Shown: piece after piece, positions 25,487-38,711 of the stretch
Layout: the number at the start of each line of letters is the position of its first letter
How positions within the stretch are numbered: the first letter of the stretch is position 1
DNA from: Rhizophagus irregularis
Taxonomy: Eukaryota
DNA length: 64,000 nt
NCBI RefSeq assembly: GCF_026210795.1
Contig: NC_089435.1
Span: forward strand, 4,402,001-4,466,000
Direction: 5' to 3'
Program-made: the position numbers and the translations under genes
The notes under the pieces: model-generated
What the model was told of the DNA's origin: nothing
The model's input: only the letters and a program-made list of their open reading frames with translations
Databases searched by the model: none

Positions 25487-26872
25487 CTATGAATATGGAC
25501 ATATATTTGAATATTTTACTATTCCTTCATTAATAAATTTCCTAACTATATCTTCATATTTATCAAGATAATAATAAGTATTCTTAACATGAAAATAATT
25601 TAAGGGTTTTTTTCTAAAGCTTTCAAAAAATTGGTCTAAAACACGAGCTGAAAATGTCGATGAACTAATGGTTATGTTAGTCAAGGATTTTGGTGAATAA
25701 TCCGCTAATATATTTAATAAATCATCACCCGAAGATAAGTCATCATCAGTGTAATCATGTGAAAGGTTTATTTCTACCAAATTTTTACAATTACTTAGCA
25801 ATAAGATCAGATGTCTAGGGTTAAGATTCATATGTAGAATCTCAATTTTTCGACAATTATTAGCAATTGCATGAATCAAAATTACTATGTCTTCCTTATT
25901 GATACCATTAAAGAAAGCACGCGAAATATTCCCATTTGTTTTTCGAATTAATGTTGCTAAATCGTAAGTATAAATTGATCCCGTAACATAAAGGGATTGA
26001 AGGTCCGGAAATTTTAAAACTGAAAGATAATGTTGAAATCCTCTAATTTCATCATCTGTGTACCAACCAGAAATTGATAATACTGTTAGATTATCTAATG
26101 ATAATGAAGGTGATTCAGTTAATAAGTTCAAATGAAGATGTTTTATCGTATTACTCTTTCTAGCTAATGCTTCGCTTAGTTTTTTATAATTTCTTCTCAA
26201 ATCGTTGTCACTATAAATTTTTACATTCTTTAAATTTCTCTGAGAATCTATTAAAGAAACTAATTCAGGAAGATCTTGAGAACAATTATAAATAATCAAT
26301 GTATTCAAATATCTACAAATTTTTGATATCTGATAAAGAGCATTTGAATTTACGGAATTAGGATCAATAAACAAACTATGTAATTGAGAGAAGCATGTTG
26401 ATGCTCCAGGAAATAATGATAAAGGTTGTGAATTTGTCCAATTTAATTCTTTAACATTATTACATTGACTAACAAATAACTTGTAAATTTCTTGTTCTAA
26501 AAGATTTTTTTTTTTGTTATCATAATTATTAAAGTCTAAAACCATTTCCGTAATTCTTTTTATAGCATCGGCCTCTGGAAATTTGCAAAAACTAATATAA
26601 TTAAAAAATGGAGGCTTTGAAAGAATTGATGGAGGTAATTTAATGCGATTATTAGATAAATACTGTCTTGAAGAGGATGGCAATAAAGAAAGTATCATGT
26701 CGAAAAAAATCGATTCATCCTCGTCTTCGTTACACCAAGAAAAATTATTCCATAATATAGGAACTACTACACGACACCATTCCCTATTAGCCAAAAGACA
26801 AGAATGTAAAGAATTTTTGTCTCGCACATCATTAAAAATGAGTATAAGACAGTCTATATTGAGTCGTAACAT
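25487..26872 (-). CDS. F-box / leucine-rich repeat (RNI-like) protein, 461 aa, intronless
   Basis: MLRLNIDCLILIFN..SLHSCLLANREWCRVVVPILW F-box variant, FNYISFCK and LRR-like repeats; family expanded in Glomeromycota. Start moved to the ATG at 26872. Confidence 0.88.
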   Translation of the reverse strand: MLRLNIDCLILIFNDVRDKNSLHSCLLANREWCRVVVPILWNNFSWCNEDEDESIFFDMILSLLPSSSRQYLSNNRIKLPPSILSKPPFFNYISFCKFPEADAIKRITEMVLDFNNYDNKKKNLLEQEIYKLFVSQCNNVKELNWTNSQPLSLFPGASTCFSQLHSLFIDPNSVNSNALYQISKICRYLNTLIIYNCSQDLPELVSLIDSQRNLKNVKIYSDNDLRRNYKKLSEALARKSNTIKHLHLNLLTESPSLSLDNLTVLSISGWYTDDEIRGFQHYLSVLKFPDLQSLYVTGSIYTYDLATLIRKTNGNISRAFFNGINKEDIVILIHAIANNCRKIEILHMNLNPRHLILLLSNCKNLVEINLSHDYTDDDLSSGDDLLNILADYSPKSLTNITISSSTFSARVLDQFFESFRKKPLNYFHVKNTYYYLDKYEDIVRKFINEGIVKYSNICPYS

Positions 26873-29050
26873 TTTGATCTTTTTGACCGTAAAAAAAAAG
26901 GTTTGGTAGCAAAAATTGAATATTTGTAGTATTTTGTTGTACAAAGTTACGCCAGAACGTGTGATACAGTTGTCACGTGTTATGTGGATATTATATGTGA
27001 GGTCCATCATCCAATCATCCATGGCTACTTAATAGAGAAGGCAGCAAATAAATATAGAATCACGTGCTACTGCGGAGAAAACCTTAATCATTAATAGCTT
27101 CGTCTAAAATTAAAGACGTAGCCTTAAAATATTTGTGAGCGTTTCCGAGTATTAATATGTTAAATCTTTTAATTACTAAGTCGTCATGTTAAAGGCTCTC
27201 TTATTAATCAGTCCGTTTATAGGAATCGGATTGAGATCAACTTTTAAGATTGATTTCTAAAAAGGTACTTATTTTAGGGCTTTTTTGGGAAGTTATGGCA
27301 TTTAGATGACCTATATCTATCTACTTATTACCATGATTATAAACTATTGTTATTATTAAACAAATTCGGGATTGATTGTAAATGACATAATTTATTACCA
27401 GAAGACGTCTTTTTGTACTTATCTATTGATAAAGGTATCGACGAATCTTACTATGAAAGTAACAATCAAATAATCGGAAAAATTATTAATCGATCAACAA
27501 CAATAGAATTAATTATACGATGAATGATAAAATTTTACTAATGTAAATAATTTTTTTAATTGCTGCGCCATAATTAACTCCTTAAATTAATCTTTCTTCA
27601 ACTTAAATACGATTTAAAATTTCTCAAAATCTACTGACCCGATTTTAAATTTTATCGTATATAAAATAAACGGATATCTCCATTATAAACAGTGCGTTCC
27701 ACGAATTTACCTTGTGTATCGTACATATAAATCACACACCATCTTTTTAAATTTCTTCGATTTATTGTATTATTGTATTATTATTTGTATCACCTTTTAA
27801 CAGAACCAGCACCAATGTGACAATTTCTAATATATGATGGAATAATATTAATTACTTGTAAATCACGCCATAAAACGAGATTACTCCATGTGGTCAAATC
27901 ATGTATGTATTTTCTAATGTTGATCATAACTGTTTATTGTTTTACGTTTTACAATAATTATTTAACGGATTATCTTTACGATGTTTCTTTTATTACATTA
28001 GCCGTCATTAACATTGAGAAAATATTTAACGGCTGTTATCAATTTAGGTGAAAAAATGTTAATTGGTCGAGAATAAAAATTAAATTATTATTTACATAAT
28101 AAACAAGCAAAATTTATATCGTTAAGGATTGTAAGTCAGTTATTTATTCCTGTAACAATAAGAACAAGAGTGAAAATGTTAAATTGGAAGTTTTTAGTTT
28201 TATAATCATGCCAAAATTAAACAATAGAAAAAATTGGATGTAGGCAATTTGAAACATTTATAATTTTATAATTTATCTTTTTTAATTAAATAAATATATT
28301 ATTAGACGAAAAATAATATCAACATTCAACAGTATGATCCAATCCATCCAAAATTCCAAATGATAGATTGAAATTTGATATTGTGTGACAAGATTTTAAT
28401 AAATCCAAAATAAAAGAGTGATTTATATGCGTAGATGGTGGTAAATTAGATCATATGATAGATGATGGATAATATACAATCGCCTGGATTGGAAATTTAA
28501 TACTAATAATTGAATCCAAAAATGTAACATTATTTTCGACGACGAAAAATCGAGATCAGAAAAGTCACTTTACTGATTGATAAATGATAACATGATAACA
28601 GGATTTACTTCAATCTTCAATTAAACTAATATAATAACAAATAAAAGTAATAAGAATATAATATTAATTTAATTATTAACTAAAAAATAAAGTTCTATAA
28701 TACATTTATATACTAAGTTTAATATACAAACAATTTTTTGTAATTATTTCTAAAGTTAAACTCTAAAATTCGATAACTTGTATTTAATGTATAAGTAATT
28801 TACAGAAAGTTCTTGATTATCTTTTGTATCTTCAATTTAAACAAAAACAAAACATTTTTAGTCCTTGATTTTTTTTTTAAAAAAAAAATTATGATAAACT
28901 CTTTTTGTTATGATCTTACTTACTGAACGTTTATAATTGTAATTATTTACTATGAAGGATATGTACTTTTTCTAACCGAATATAAGGATCTAATATATTA
29001 GAAAAACATTAATTATAAAATGTATAATCATTTTCAATTCGTTTAATTTC

Positions 29051-30698
29051 TTACGTTTTAGAACCGTTAAAATTTGATGCTTCTTCTAAATAAGCATTTT
29101 CTAATTCAGAATGAGTTAATGAATCTAAAATATAATAAAATAATTAAATTATTAAATCTGACTAAAGAAATTGTTATAACATTTAAAATAATGAGTACTT
29201 ACCTATATCACTGAAAGATGATGAGGAATCATTTGCACTAAGGGATTGTTGAGAATCTGCAGCTGCTGTTGGTATGTTCATCCCTTATATATAACATAAA
29301 CAAAATATTAATAATTTCTCTTTAGGTTATTTAAGTTAAGTTTAATTAAATTTCTTCTTACTCAATCCTTTTGCAGGCTGTTGTTGTAAATTTACTGCCA
29401 AATCAATCGTTGGAACCTTAAAACTTATCGGTTCATTATTTTCGTTTGCACCAATAACATCAGTTTGAATTACTGAACTCGATGAATTTGGTAGTAAAAA
29501 AGCTGCAATGTCTTGCTTTTGCAATTTCTCCAATTTTTCTAATCTTTCATTCGAGGAATCTTCACTTTTTTTTGAATCATTATCTTCATCAGAATCATCA
29601 TCATCAATTTTCATATTCTGAATGCTCCTAGAAAGATCACGTGCTTCAAGAGATAATGGATTTGAAAGAGTTCGAGAAAGAGGTATAGTCACTGATGCAG
29701 CAGGTGTGGCAAAACACTCATTTGTTGATGATGATTCTATCGTAGATAAAGTTGTTGAATAATTTGGTTTATATGTTATATGAGTAGATTGTTTCGTAAC
29801 TTGATCAGTTGTAATCGTTGAAACAGATGAAGAAGGAGACATTTGACGTCCTGATATATTAGAAGATGGTGTAGCTTGTCCTTGAGCAAAAACATTTTTT
29901 CCTATACCCAGATGATCAAATTATTTTTAATATTCGAATAAAAAGTTAATATAAAGTAAAAAAATTACACATTAATCAAAAACCTTGAACTTGCAATCCT
30001 GCTTCATTTATCGATTGCGTAATGGGCGCATGTATAGATGATGATTCTGACCCACTAGCTTGTTTACGGCCATCTGTTAAACTAGTATTGCTCCCTGTCC
30101 GTATCATGTCCTGTGAACCAGCATATCCACCACGAGATGTAATATATTGTTCTCTGCTTGCATTTGAAGTTGCAGATGGTGGTCTTTGATGACCAGTTAC
30201 CACTCCATCACCATCAAAAATCGAAACTTTTGTTAAAGATGCTCTACTTGATGCCCTATTGCGACTACCAATAGTCCCGGTACTAGTACTAGCACTTAAA
30301 GTTTCTCCCCGCCGTAATTGCATCTGAACTCCACGCAATTGCGTTTCATATAAAAATGCAGCATGACGCAGGAGATAAGGTACAGGTACATTTAAAAGTC
30401 GAGAAGCAGCATACCCTAAACATAAAAATAATGAAATATTATTTTTTTTTTAGAAAAGATGAGTAAAAAAATTTATTTATACTAACAATCGATGCTTTGC
30501 CGTTTGTTTTGTGTAAGTATCTCCCATAACTTTTGCTCCATTTCCTCTGTCCAAACAACCTATATGTTAAGATAATTTAATAGTGATACTTTATGAATGT
30601 GAGAAATTTGTTAAACTTACAGAAGGTGGTTCGACGAAACCCGGTGGTCTTTTATATGGAATTTTTATTACAACGTGTAAAGGCTGTTCTGAAGACAT
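29051..30698 (-). CDS. ATG29: Autophagy protein Atg29
   Basis: Spliced N-terminus VVIKIPYKRPPGFVEPP..W....EQKLWEIL..IDW..LNVPVPYLLRHAAFLYE matches the Atg29 N domain. C-terminal SSFSDIDSLTHSELENA. Ser-rich middle region. Confidence 0.85.
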
Positions 30699-31616
30699 TT
30701 AAAATGTATTTTATTTTAGCTTTGATTAAACGAAAAGCTAAAGAATGAAAATTTTATAATATTTATACTATTTATGTGGTGTCACGCGCAAATTTATGAA
30801 TAAGTAAAGAAAGATCGACAATAAGTTCCGGAATAAAAAAAAAGGTGATTATTTCTGATTGTATGGCTAATTTTATCTCGTGTAACAGGTAAATGAGTTT
30901 TTGCGGTAAATAAGGATTAATAAAATCTTATTCAAATTCTTATCAATTTTAGACTTAAAAAGTCATAACCATAACAGAAAAGGCTCTCAATTGTTAGAAG
31001 TTTCGTTCTAAAAACGCATCAAAGGTTACGGATGCATAATTAACATTTATTTCCGTACCAATAAGTGAGACATGATCACCGATTTTATCATATGCAACAC
31101 TGGCGTTGCCAATCAACTAAAATAAAAAATTTTTTTTTTTGTATTTCATTTATTTATATATATATAATTTTCCGAACTTTCTAATTTATTTTCTTTTTTT
31201 TTCATTTTCCACTTTTTTTACCCAAATAAAAAAAATTTTTTTTAAATAAAACATTTGCTAGAAGTTTTGCTGTCAAGATACTTGACAAGTCCTTAATTTC
31301 ATCCGTTTATTCTTTTAAAAAAACACACTTATCTTTCCTCGAAAGAATTATATAGGTATTTTATTAGTTGGGAAAAATTTTTTTGTTTAGTCCAAAAAAA
31401 ATTTTATCCGTATTACTATTAAAAGTTAGCTTTTTGATACTAAACTTATTAATGCAATTTATTAATAAACTAACCATTTTTTAATTTAAATCATTTCATT
31501 CTCCGCAAAACTATCTTTAATTCACATCGAAACATTCAACCAATTTTAAGAAAAATTTTATTTGATATCGTAACCCGCATTTCTTTTTTGTTGTTGCGTA
31601 ATAAAATTACGACATA

Positions 31617-33391
31617 ATGGAACAATTTTGGTCAGGTGCGGCATTTTTTTTAAAAAAAAAACCACACCCTTAGAACCATTATTTATGTTGTTTTTTTTTT
31701 TTTGGAATTATATTAGAATTAGATGAAATACTTAAACAAGGTGAAAACAATCAGGATTCAGCATTGAATTCCATTAATGTATACATAAAATTTGTATCTG
31801 ATTTTAAAGGTAATTTTAATGATAAAATTTGTATGAAAATTTTTTTATATTGATACAAATATTCTTTCATAATTTTTTTTTAGATAAATATCCTGAATGT
31901 GAAACGGAATTTATGCATTGTTGTTACAAATTGCTTGTTTCATCCATATATCAAAATTTTTCTGATAGGATTATTGAACATGTTATACAACATGCAGCAA
32001 AAAAAACTGATGTTAAAGAACTATGCGTATTGTATAACATCCTATTTCTTGCCGGAAGGGAGAATAAATGTATTTTTAAACGAATGGTAAACGAACAAGA
32101 ACGAAATTTTGTATCGAAATTAAAAGATCATATTGAAAGTAAAGATGGTAAGTTTTATTTAAACGACATACAAAGTTTATGGAGTAATTATTGAATTTTG
32201 AAATTGCTTTATTTTCTAGGCGGTAAATTGCAGCAAATTTCAATAAAGTTGCTTTTCGAAATTTGTCGCGTCCAACGATTATCTTCTGACGAATTGGGTA
32301 AGATTACAATTTATCATATCTAATATTAAACGTTTTTTTTTAATTTTTTAACATATCATCTCGTATTCTCTTCTTCTTTTAACAAGATTTAATAGACGAG
32401 TTGTTTTTGAATCATCTTCTTGATTTGGTTGAAAAAACAAGAGATGATGAAGACGAAACATTTAATTATTCAGTCATTTGTTTGATCGTAAGTGCGCAGA
32501 TTATATTTTAAATTGATCTCTTTATTACTATATTTGTTAGATCAAATATTTAAATCACTTTGTTCAAATCTGACAAGTTATCATTTAATGAGCAATTTAT
32601 GTTGGCTGCCATGTCGCAAGAAGAGGAAGAGTGTGATGATTGGAATCCTAATACTGTCTTACGAGTATTAGGAGAGAGAATTGGTAGTAGCAAAACTTTT
32701 AGCGAAAATGTGATATTTATGTTGAATCGCACAGGTACTATTAAATTTTGAGTTGGTTAAATTTCTAAATTTACACGTATTATTAACATTTAACATTTGA
32801 ATTTATTTAGTTGATCATAATATACAAATGCTTATATTAAAACTATTATATGAAATATTTACCACGCCTGAAACGTACGAATATTTTTACACGAATGATT
32901 TACGGGTTCTTATAGATGTATTTATTAGAGAACTTTATGATTTACCCGAAGAGAGTGAAGCAGTAAGCCCATATTACATATTTTTATTTTAATATATGTT
33001 AATCAGTTTGTATTATTAACATAAATTTCTTTCCTTATAGCTTCGTCATACATATCTACGGGTACTTTACCCATTAATTATAAATACACAGTTGAGTCAA
33101 CATCGATACAAACAACATCAGATTTATAGTTTACTTTTAGATTTAATTGGAACTTCAATGAAACAACAATTCAAACCTATATCACCAACAACAAAAAGAT
33201 TAGTAGATAGATGTTTGATGACGGAATATTTGAATGATATAGCTCCTCCTCGTAAATGTGGTAATGAGATAAAAAGAACACCAACTCCAAATGCTCTTGT
33301 TATGAGAATGGATACTGCAAAAGATACAAATTCTTCAAATGGAAATGGATTTACTGTTGAAGTCGTAATTGATGGTGTTAAATCAATGTGA
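31617..33391 (+). CDS. LDB17: WISH/DIP/SPIN90-family Arp2/3 activator (Ldb17/Dip1-like)
   Basis: Multi-exon. Motifs [62 protein letters not shown]. Confidence 0.85.
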
Positions 33392-35255
33392 CAAAAAACT
33401 TAAAATCACCTATCTTATCTTTTTTTTTTTGTTTTCGGATTTTTCGGATTAAATTGCTAAAAGAACATTTAAATGGAATCATGTACTGGACTCTTTAAAA
33501 AAACATATATGAATATAGAGAGTTATATAATCTATTATAGACATTTGAAAAAAAATGTTTACATTATTAATTAAATACAATTAATCATTCGCTTGTTTTG
33601 AGTAATATACTCTTTTCTTTCTTTAGATATTGTATAATATATCCGATAATTTTTTTTTTTAGAATTTTATATAATTATTATTTTACTTTTACTAATTTAA
33701 TATCTAATCGTGTAGTCGGGGACATAATGATAGCCAGCAGCGAACTTAATAGTAAAAGAATTATTTATTAGTGCATAAGTATGAATATTAAAAATAAAAA
33801 GAATAATTTTATTAATACAGTATATAGATTTTGATATTATTACCGTATATGATATAAATGATATAAAAGATGTTAAAAATATGCTAAGTAACCGTTTAAT
33901 GATACATGATAATCCGGCATTAGTGTAATACCGAGATATATATATACCTTAAATGGTGAATTGCCGTAATGTCGAATCATGGTGTCATAATATTGTTGAT
34001 ACTATTATTTCAATAAGTTGGCAATTCATTCGACATTACGGAAATGTTTATAAATATTTCTTCTCTGATTAACTTTACCTGATTTTCGTCGTCATGTGTC
34101 ATATTTGGCGCAGTGAAATTGCATACAGTATAATGTGATAATTGACTAAAAACTTATTTTATTTATCTATGCTGAAACAAGTTTTGATGAATTTTTATCT
34201 AATTCCTAAATATTATTATTACTTTCTACAGTGTGAAGTAAACGTGTAAAAGTTTCGTAGTTACAACCCTTTTTTCTTTTTTTTTTTCAAAGAAACGTTG
34301 TAACACGTAGAATTTAACTAGTAAAAATAATAGGTTAATTAATTAATAAAATAGCATATATTACTTTGCGGAAGGAGTTTTCCAATTGTTAAATAAATTA
34401 TTTTTTATTCGTTTTTATCTTTAAAACAATTTCGAGTCAGTACAAAAGGTACAAAAGACTACTGTAGAAAGGATTGATGATGATATAATCGAAAATAAAT
34501 GTATAGTATGTTACGTGTATATATATATATATTTCTCTGATGTCGATTTGGGTTAGAAGATAACTGACGTGTACAATATCAGTCGTCAATTTTGTCAATA
34601 AGTAAACGTTCTTTGATTAAATCTATGCATCATAGATTCATAGTATTAAACGTATTCTAATGAAGCATCCTTGGAATATAATTTTGCAATTAAGCATTAA
34701 ATTTTTTTTTTGGGATGGGGAATAGAGATATCGGTCTTCCCCCATCTGCGGCATGTGAGACTCAAAAATTAAATCTAATTTACATTTTACACGGCATAAA
34801 TTATTAAACTGTGAAACCCGGCAATAAACAAATTCATGATAAGGAAATGTTTATAAAAAATCTTTGTTTCAATAAATTTTATTAGTAAAATTTGTACATG
34901 TACATTGTTCTCAATTACTTAAAATGATATCCTAAGTATGATATAATCTTTAACCAAAGTAAATCATCTGAAACTGAAATTTTATCATAAAATAATTAAA
35001 AAAATAACAATTCATTCTAATTATTAAGGAACAAAGATTTCATGAATATTCGGGTTTTCGATATTTAAAAAAATTGTATGAACTTCATTTTTTCTTTTTT
35101 ACAAAGAATGTGTTTATTAAACTTTGTATCCTAAATTTAAACCTTTTGCTTACGTAAATCTGATCTTTGTCTTTTTTTGACTAGTTTATGTATTCATAAT
35201 TCATATGCCGTGATTGATTCATGTTCATCACGTGAGAAAAGCAAAATATTTATTA

Positions 35256-35934
35256 TTAATTGGTGATCCGCGAGTCAAGTAGCGAAAACGATAATAAAAT
35301 TTGACGGAAATTTATTAATTAAAAGCCGCATTTCCGAATGTGGGGTTGTTCATGAATTTCTCTAGCCAAATGTTTAAATAACGCCATTTTGCTTTAATGA
35401 AATAGTTTTCCACAGTTTTCCCACCAATCTCATGCAAAAAAAACCATAATGTAACATTGGAAAAAAGTCCAATTTCTAAGAGATCTGAGATTTGAAAGAC
35501 AAAAACTAGTTTTATCATACCATATCACTTGTATAATGAGTGTGAAAAAGTCTTGAATTTGTCGGTTTAGAAGTTATTACAGCATAGTTTACTAATAAAA
35601 TATATCAAAAATAAAGCAATATGCATGAAAGTTTAGTGAAATATAAAAATATTTCCATAATTTGTACTTTTAAAACCTTAGTTTACCTAATAACATAGTA
35701 AATGCCGCGTGCTTCCAAGGTAAACTTCGTCAAAAAAAAGTTTTACACTTTGTAGCTTTGAAAAATAAAAGTGTGACATTTACTTTATTGTTTGTGTTAT
35801 TTTTAGTAAACTATGCTTTATAGTTTTTGTTACATCAGAAATCATTAAAGTCGGCGTATTACGACAAATTAGTATATGATTTGCGTCAAATTTTATATGT
35901 AATTTCTCTAGTTAACTCGCGGATCGTCAATTAA
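35256..35934. mobile_element. MITE with ~55-bp imperfect TIRs and an inner inverted-repeat unit (35581-35818)
   Basis: TTAATTGGTGATCCGCGAGTCAAGTAG versus reverse complement TTAATTGACGATCCGCGAGTTAACTAG. Inner AGCATAGTTTACTAA / TTAGTAAACTATGCT. Confidence 0.75.
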
Positions 35935-37388
35935 AGATGTATCCGAAATTTTTTAAAGTAATTTACATATTATAGTACGCCGCATACATACATACAGTAA
36001 TGTTTCTAGGTTACAAAAATTTAAATGTATATAATTATATTGATAATCAGACATATTATCGCAATTACCTCTTTTATTTTCCTATATACAGGACGAATAT
36101 TTTAGAATTTGTATGACAATTTCAAGGAAAGTTCTTTCGTTTTTCCTTAATAAAGATTGAAACGATTAAATCACCTTTTTAACTAATAATATCAATAATG
36201 CATTATGAAGAAAGAATTTTCCATCATGTTGAAAATCTGTAACGAAATATGAGTATATGACATCAATATCAATCATTAACTTTTATTATTAACAAAAACG
36301 CAAATAATTAGGTGTTCTTTGATAAAGAGATAAAGAATAATTAATAAATTTTGTACTTGATTATAATACATTTACGGAAATAATAAATAAAATATTATGA
36401 TCGTAATTACGTTTTATAATTCAGATGAATTAAAACTCGCGCATATGTAATACTGAAATGTGTCAAAAATTTTTCGTTAAAATTTTTTGGCGAGTGACGA
36501 AAAAAGCTTTTCGAAGCAATACTTTTTTTTTTTTCATTTGATAATTGTCGATTATAATATACATAAAATATCATATATATTGAATATAATTTATTATTTC
36601 AAGTTAATATACAATAAAAATGGCGCAGTAATAAATAATTTGTGATAAAGCTATCTAATCTTGAAATAGTTTTACAATCAAATCAATCTCATTAGTTTTA
36701 CCAAATGTAATGCTTTCACTGTTGGAGATGACTCATACTTCAAGATATACTATTCCCAGTAAGTACTTCATAATGATATACTTACTGTAAATTGATTCAT
36801 TTCTGTAATAATCTGCCACAGATGTATTTCTTCCATGTAATTCTGAAACATGTCCTACCGCAAGATTGCTGCAAAGTTTGAAATCTCATATTACATAATA
36901 AAAAAAATGATAATATAAAAAAATTAGAGCTGCGTAAAATGATAGTATATTAATATATTTGCTTAGTATATTAACCGAAAATTCGTAATTCGAGAACAAA
37001 TTTCTTAATTATGAAATATATAATTATATATTAGTGCAATTTGTCTATAAGTTGTTATTTAAAATTCCAAAAAGGAATTTTGTATTTTGTACTAAATGCT
37101 ATCCCAGATTTTATAGTTCTATTTGTCGCATGTTACCGTCTAGTAGCGCATAAGCGCCGAATTTTTCTTTGTTGTTTCATATTAAACGATTCTATTTGGA
37201 TTTTCGTTTTTTGTAACTTTATGCACGAAAAAACGGTTTTAGTCTAGTTTATGCAAAACCGAGTATTATGAATGAATCATTATCAATAATAGATAAGTAC
37301 TATTTGAGCAATCTCAATAATGGTATTTATTTAATAATACAATAATACAATAATGCTTAATTAGTCCTCTAGGTGATATTCATCGTCG

Positions 37389-38571
37389 TCAATTTTTAAT
37401 TTTATCAACTTTACCATTGTTTTCTAATAATATATTCAAAAAATCCGTATCAAGATAATATTCTTGTAGCATATTTTCGATACTTTGAACACGTTCTTCC
37501 AAAGTAAAATTTTTAGTTCTTCCACTGACGAATGGAATTGGTTCGTAATTATTTTTAAGTTTCCTTACGAATTTTCTTTGATATTTTGTACATAGGCAAT
37601 TAAATACATGTATTTGCAAAAATCCCCTAATAAAAAAGAAATAGGTAGTATTATTAACAATATATATTTACGAATTATATATATATAATTATTTCACTCA
37701 CCATGGTGCTAATTTAGATGCTCCAAATAAAAATACAAAAATTCCAGATAAAGAGCTGAAGAATCCACCAATACTCGATATAATTGTACCAACTAAAAAA
37801 GTGATAAATTTTTATTATTTTTTAAATTAAAATTATTGTCACTAAAAATTAAAAAATAATTAAATAGTTACGATCATAAAAAGTTTCTTCTTGATGATGA
37901 ATATCCATTGAAGTGGATCTTAGTACAAGCGTTGTTATATTTGGAGTGTTTAAAGTTGTTATGCTCGTATGTGCATTAAAGCTGGCATATTCTATACTCT
38001 TTCCACCTGCAAGACCATATGCATATTTACTAAATATTCGTTTTACAATTGTAGGTGACCAATATATGATATTAGTTTGTTCGCTCATAAGATGTAAAGA
38101 AACAGATTTTTTATATAAAATTCTGTCTGATGGATAATATTTATCTATTTCAAGTCCATCTAAAAAGCTTTCAGTGACGTCTAAATAGTTCTCAGTGATG
38201 TTAGGAATTATTGTTATCTTTAACTCCTCTTGATAGTTAAAAGAATAACGAGGACAACGGGGATCATTGAAATGAATATAATCTATAGGAACTTCATTAG
38301 CTATTCTACATTCTCCTTGTTGACCGTCATAAGCGTTGTAAGTACAATTTACAATTGGACCACAAATTTGCATCGTAATATTAATATTGGTATGATTTAC
38401 TATAGGTTGTTTACTTATGATAAGATTGGGTTCAGAAACCGATTTAAAAAATTGGGAAAACTGATAGTAAGTATAAAAAATAAGTATGATAATAAGTGAA
38501 AAAGAGCTTAATTTTTTAAAAATAATAAAGGAATAAGGTTCAGTTGATCGTCTATTTTCTAATAATAACAT
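37389..38571 (-). CDS. Two-transmembrane hypothetical protein, 3 exons
   Basis: N-terminal TM segment, second TM GGFFSSLSGIFVFLFGASKLAPWG, C-terminal LEERVQSIENMLQEYYLDTDFL. Confidence 0.75.
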
Positions 38572-38711
38572 TTTGAATTAAAAAATAACTCGCTGACATA
38601 CTATTATATAAATAAAAAATTATGTGATATGTGATATTATGGATTTGTTTATATTCAGCCGTATATACAGTATATAAAAGCAGATGACATAATTCTTGAA
38701 CATTTTTAAAC

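Noticed and set aside
26873..27022. 50-aa N-terminal extension of the F-box ORF in the track
   Set aside because: It looks like promoter/UTR sequence; this family starts directly at the F-box.
34708..34745. GC-rich hairpin GGGGAA..TTCCCC in an AT-rich intergenic region
   Set aside because: It is too short and has no tRNA or snRNA hallmarks.
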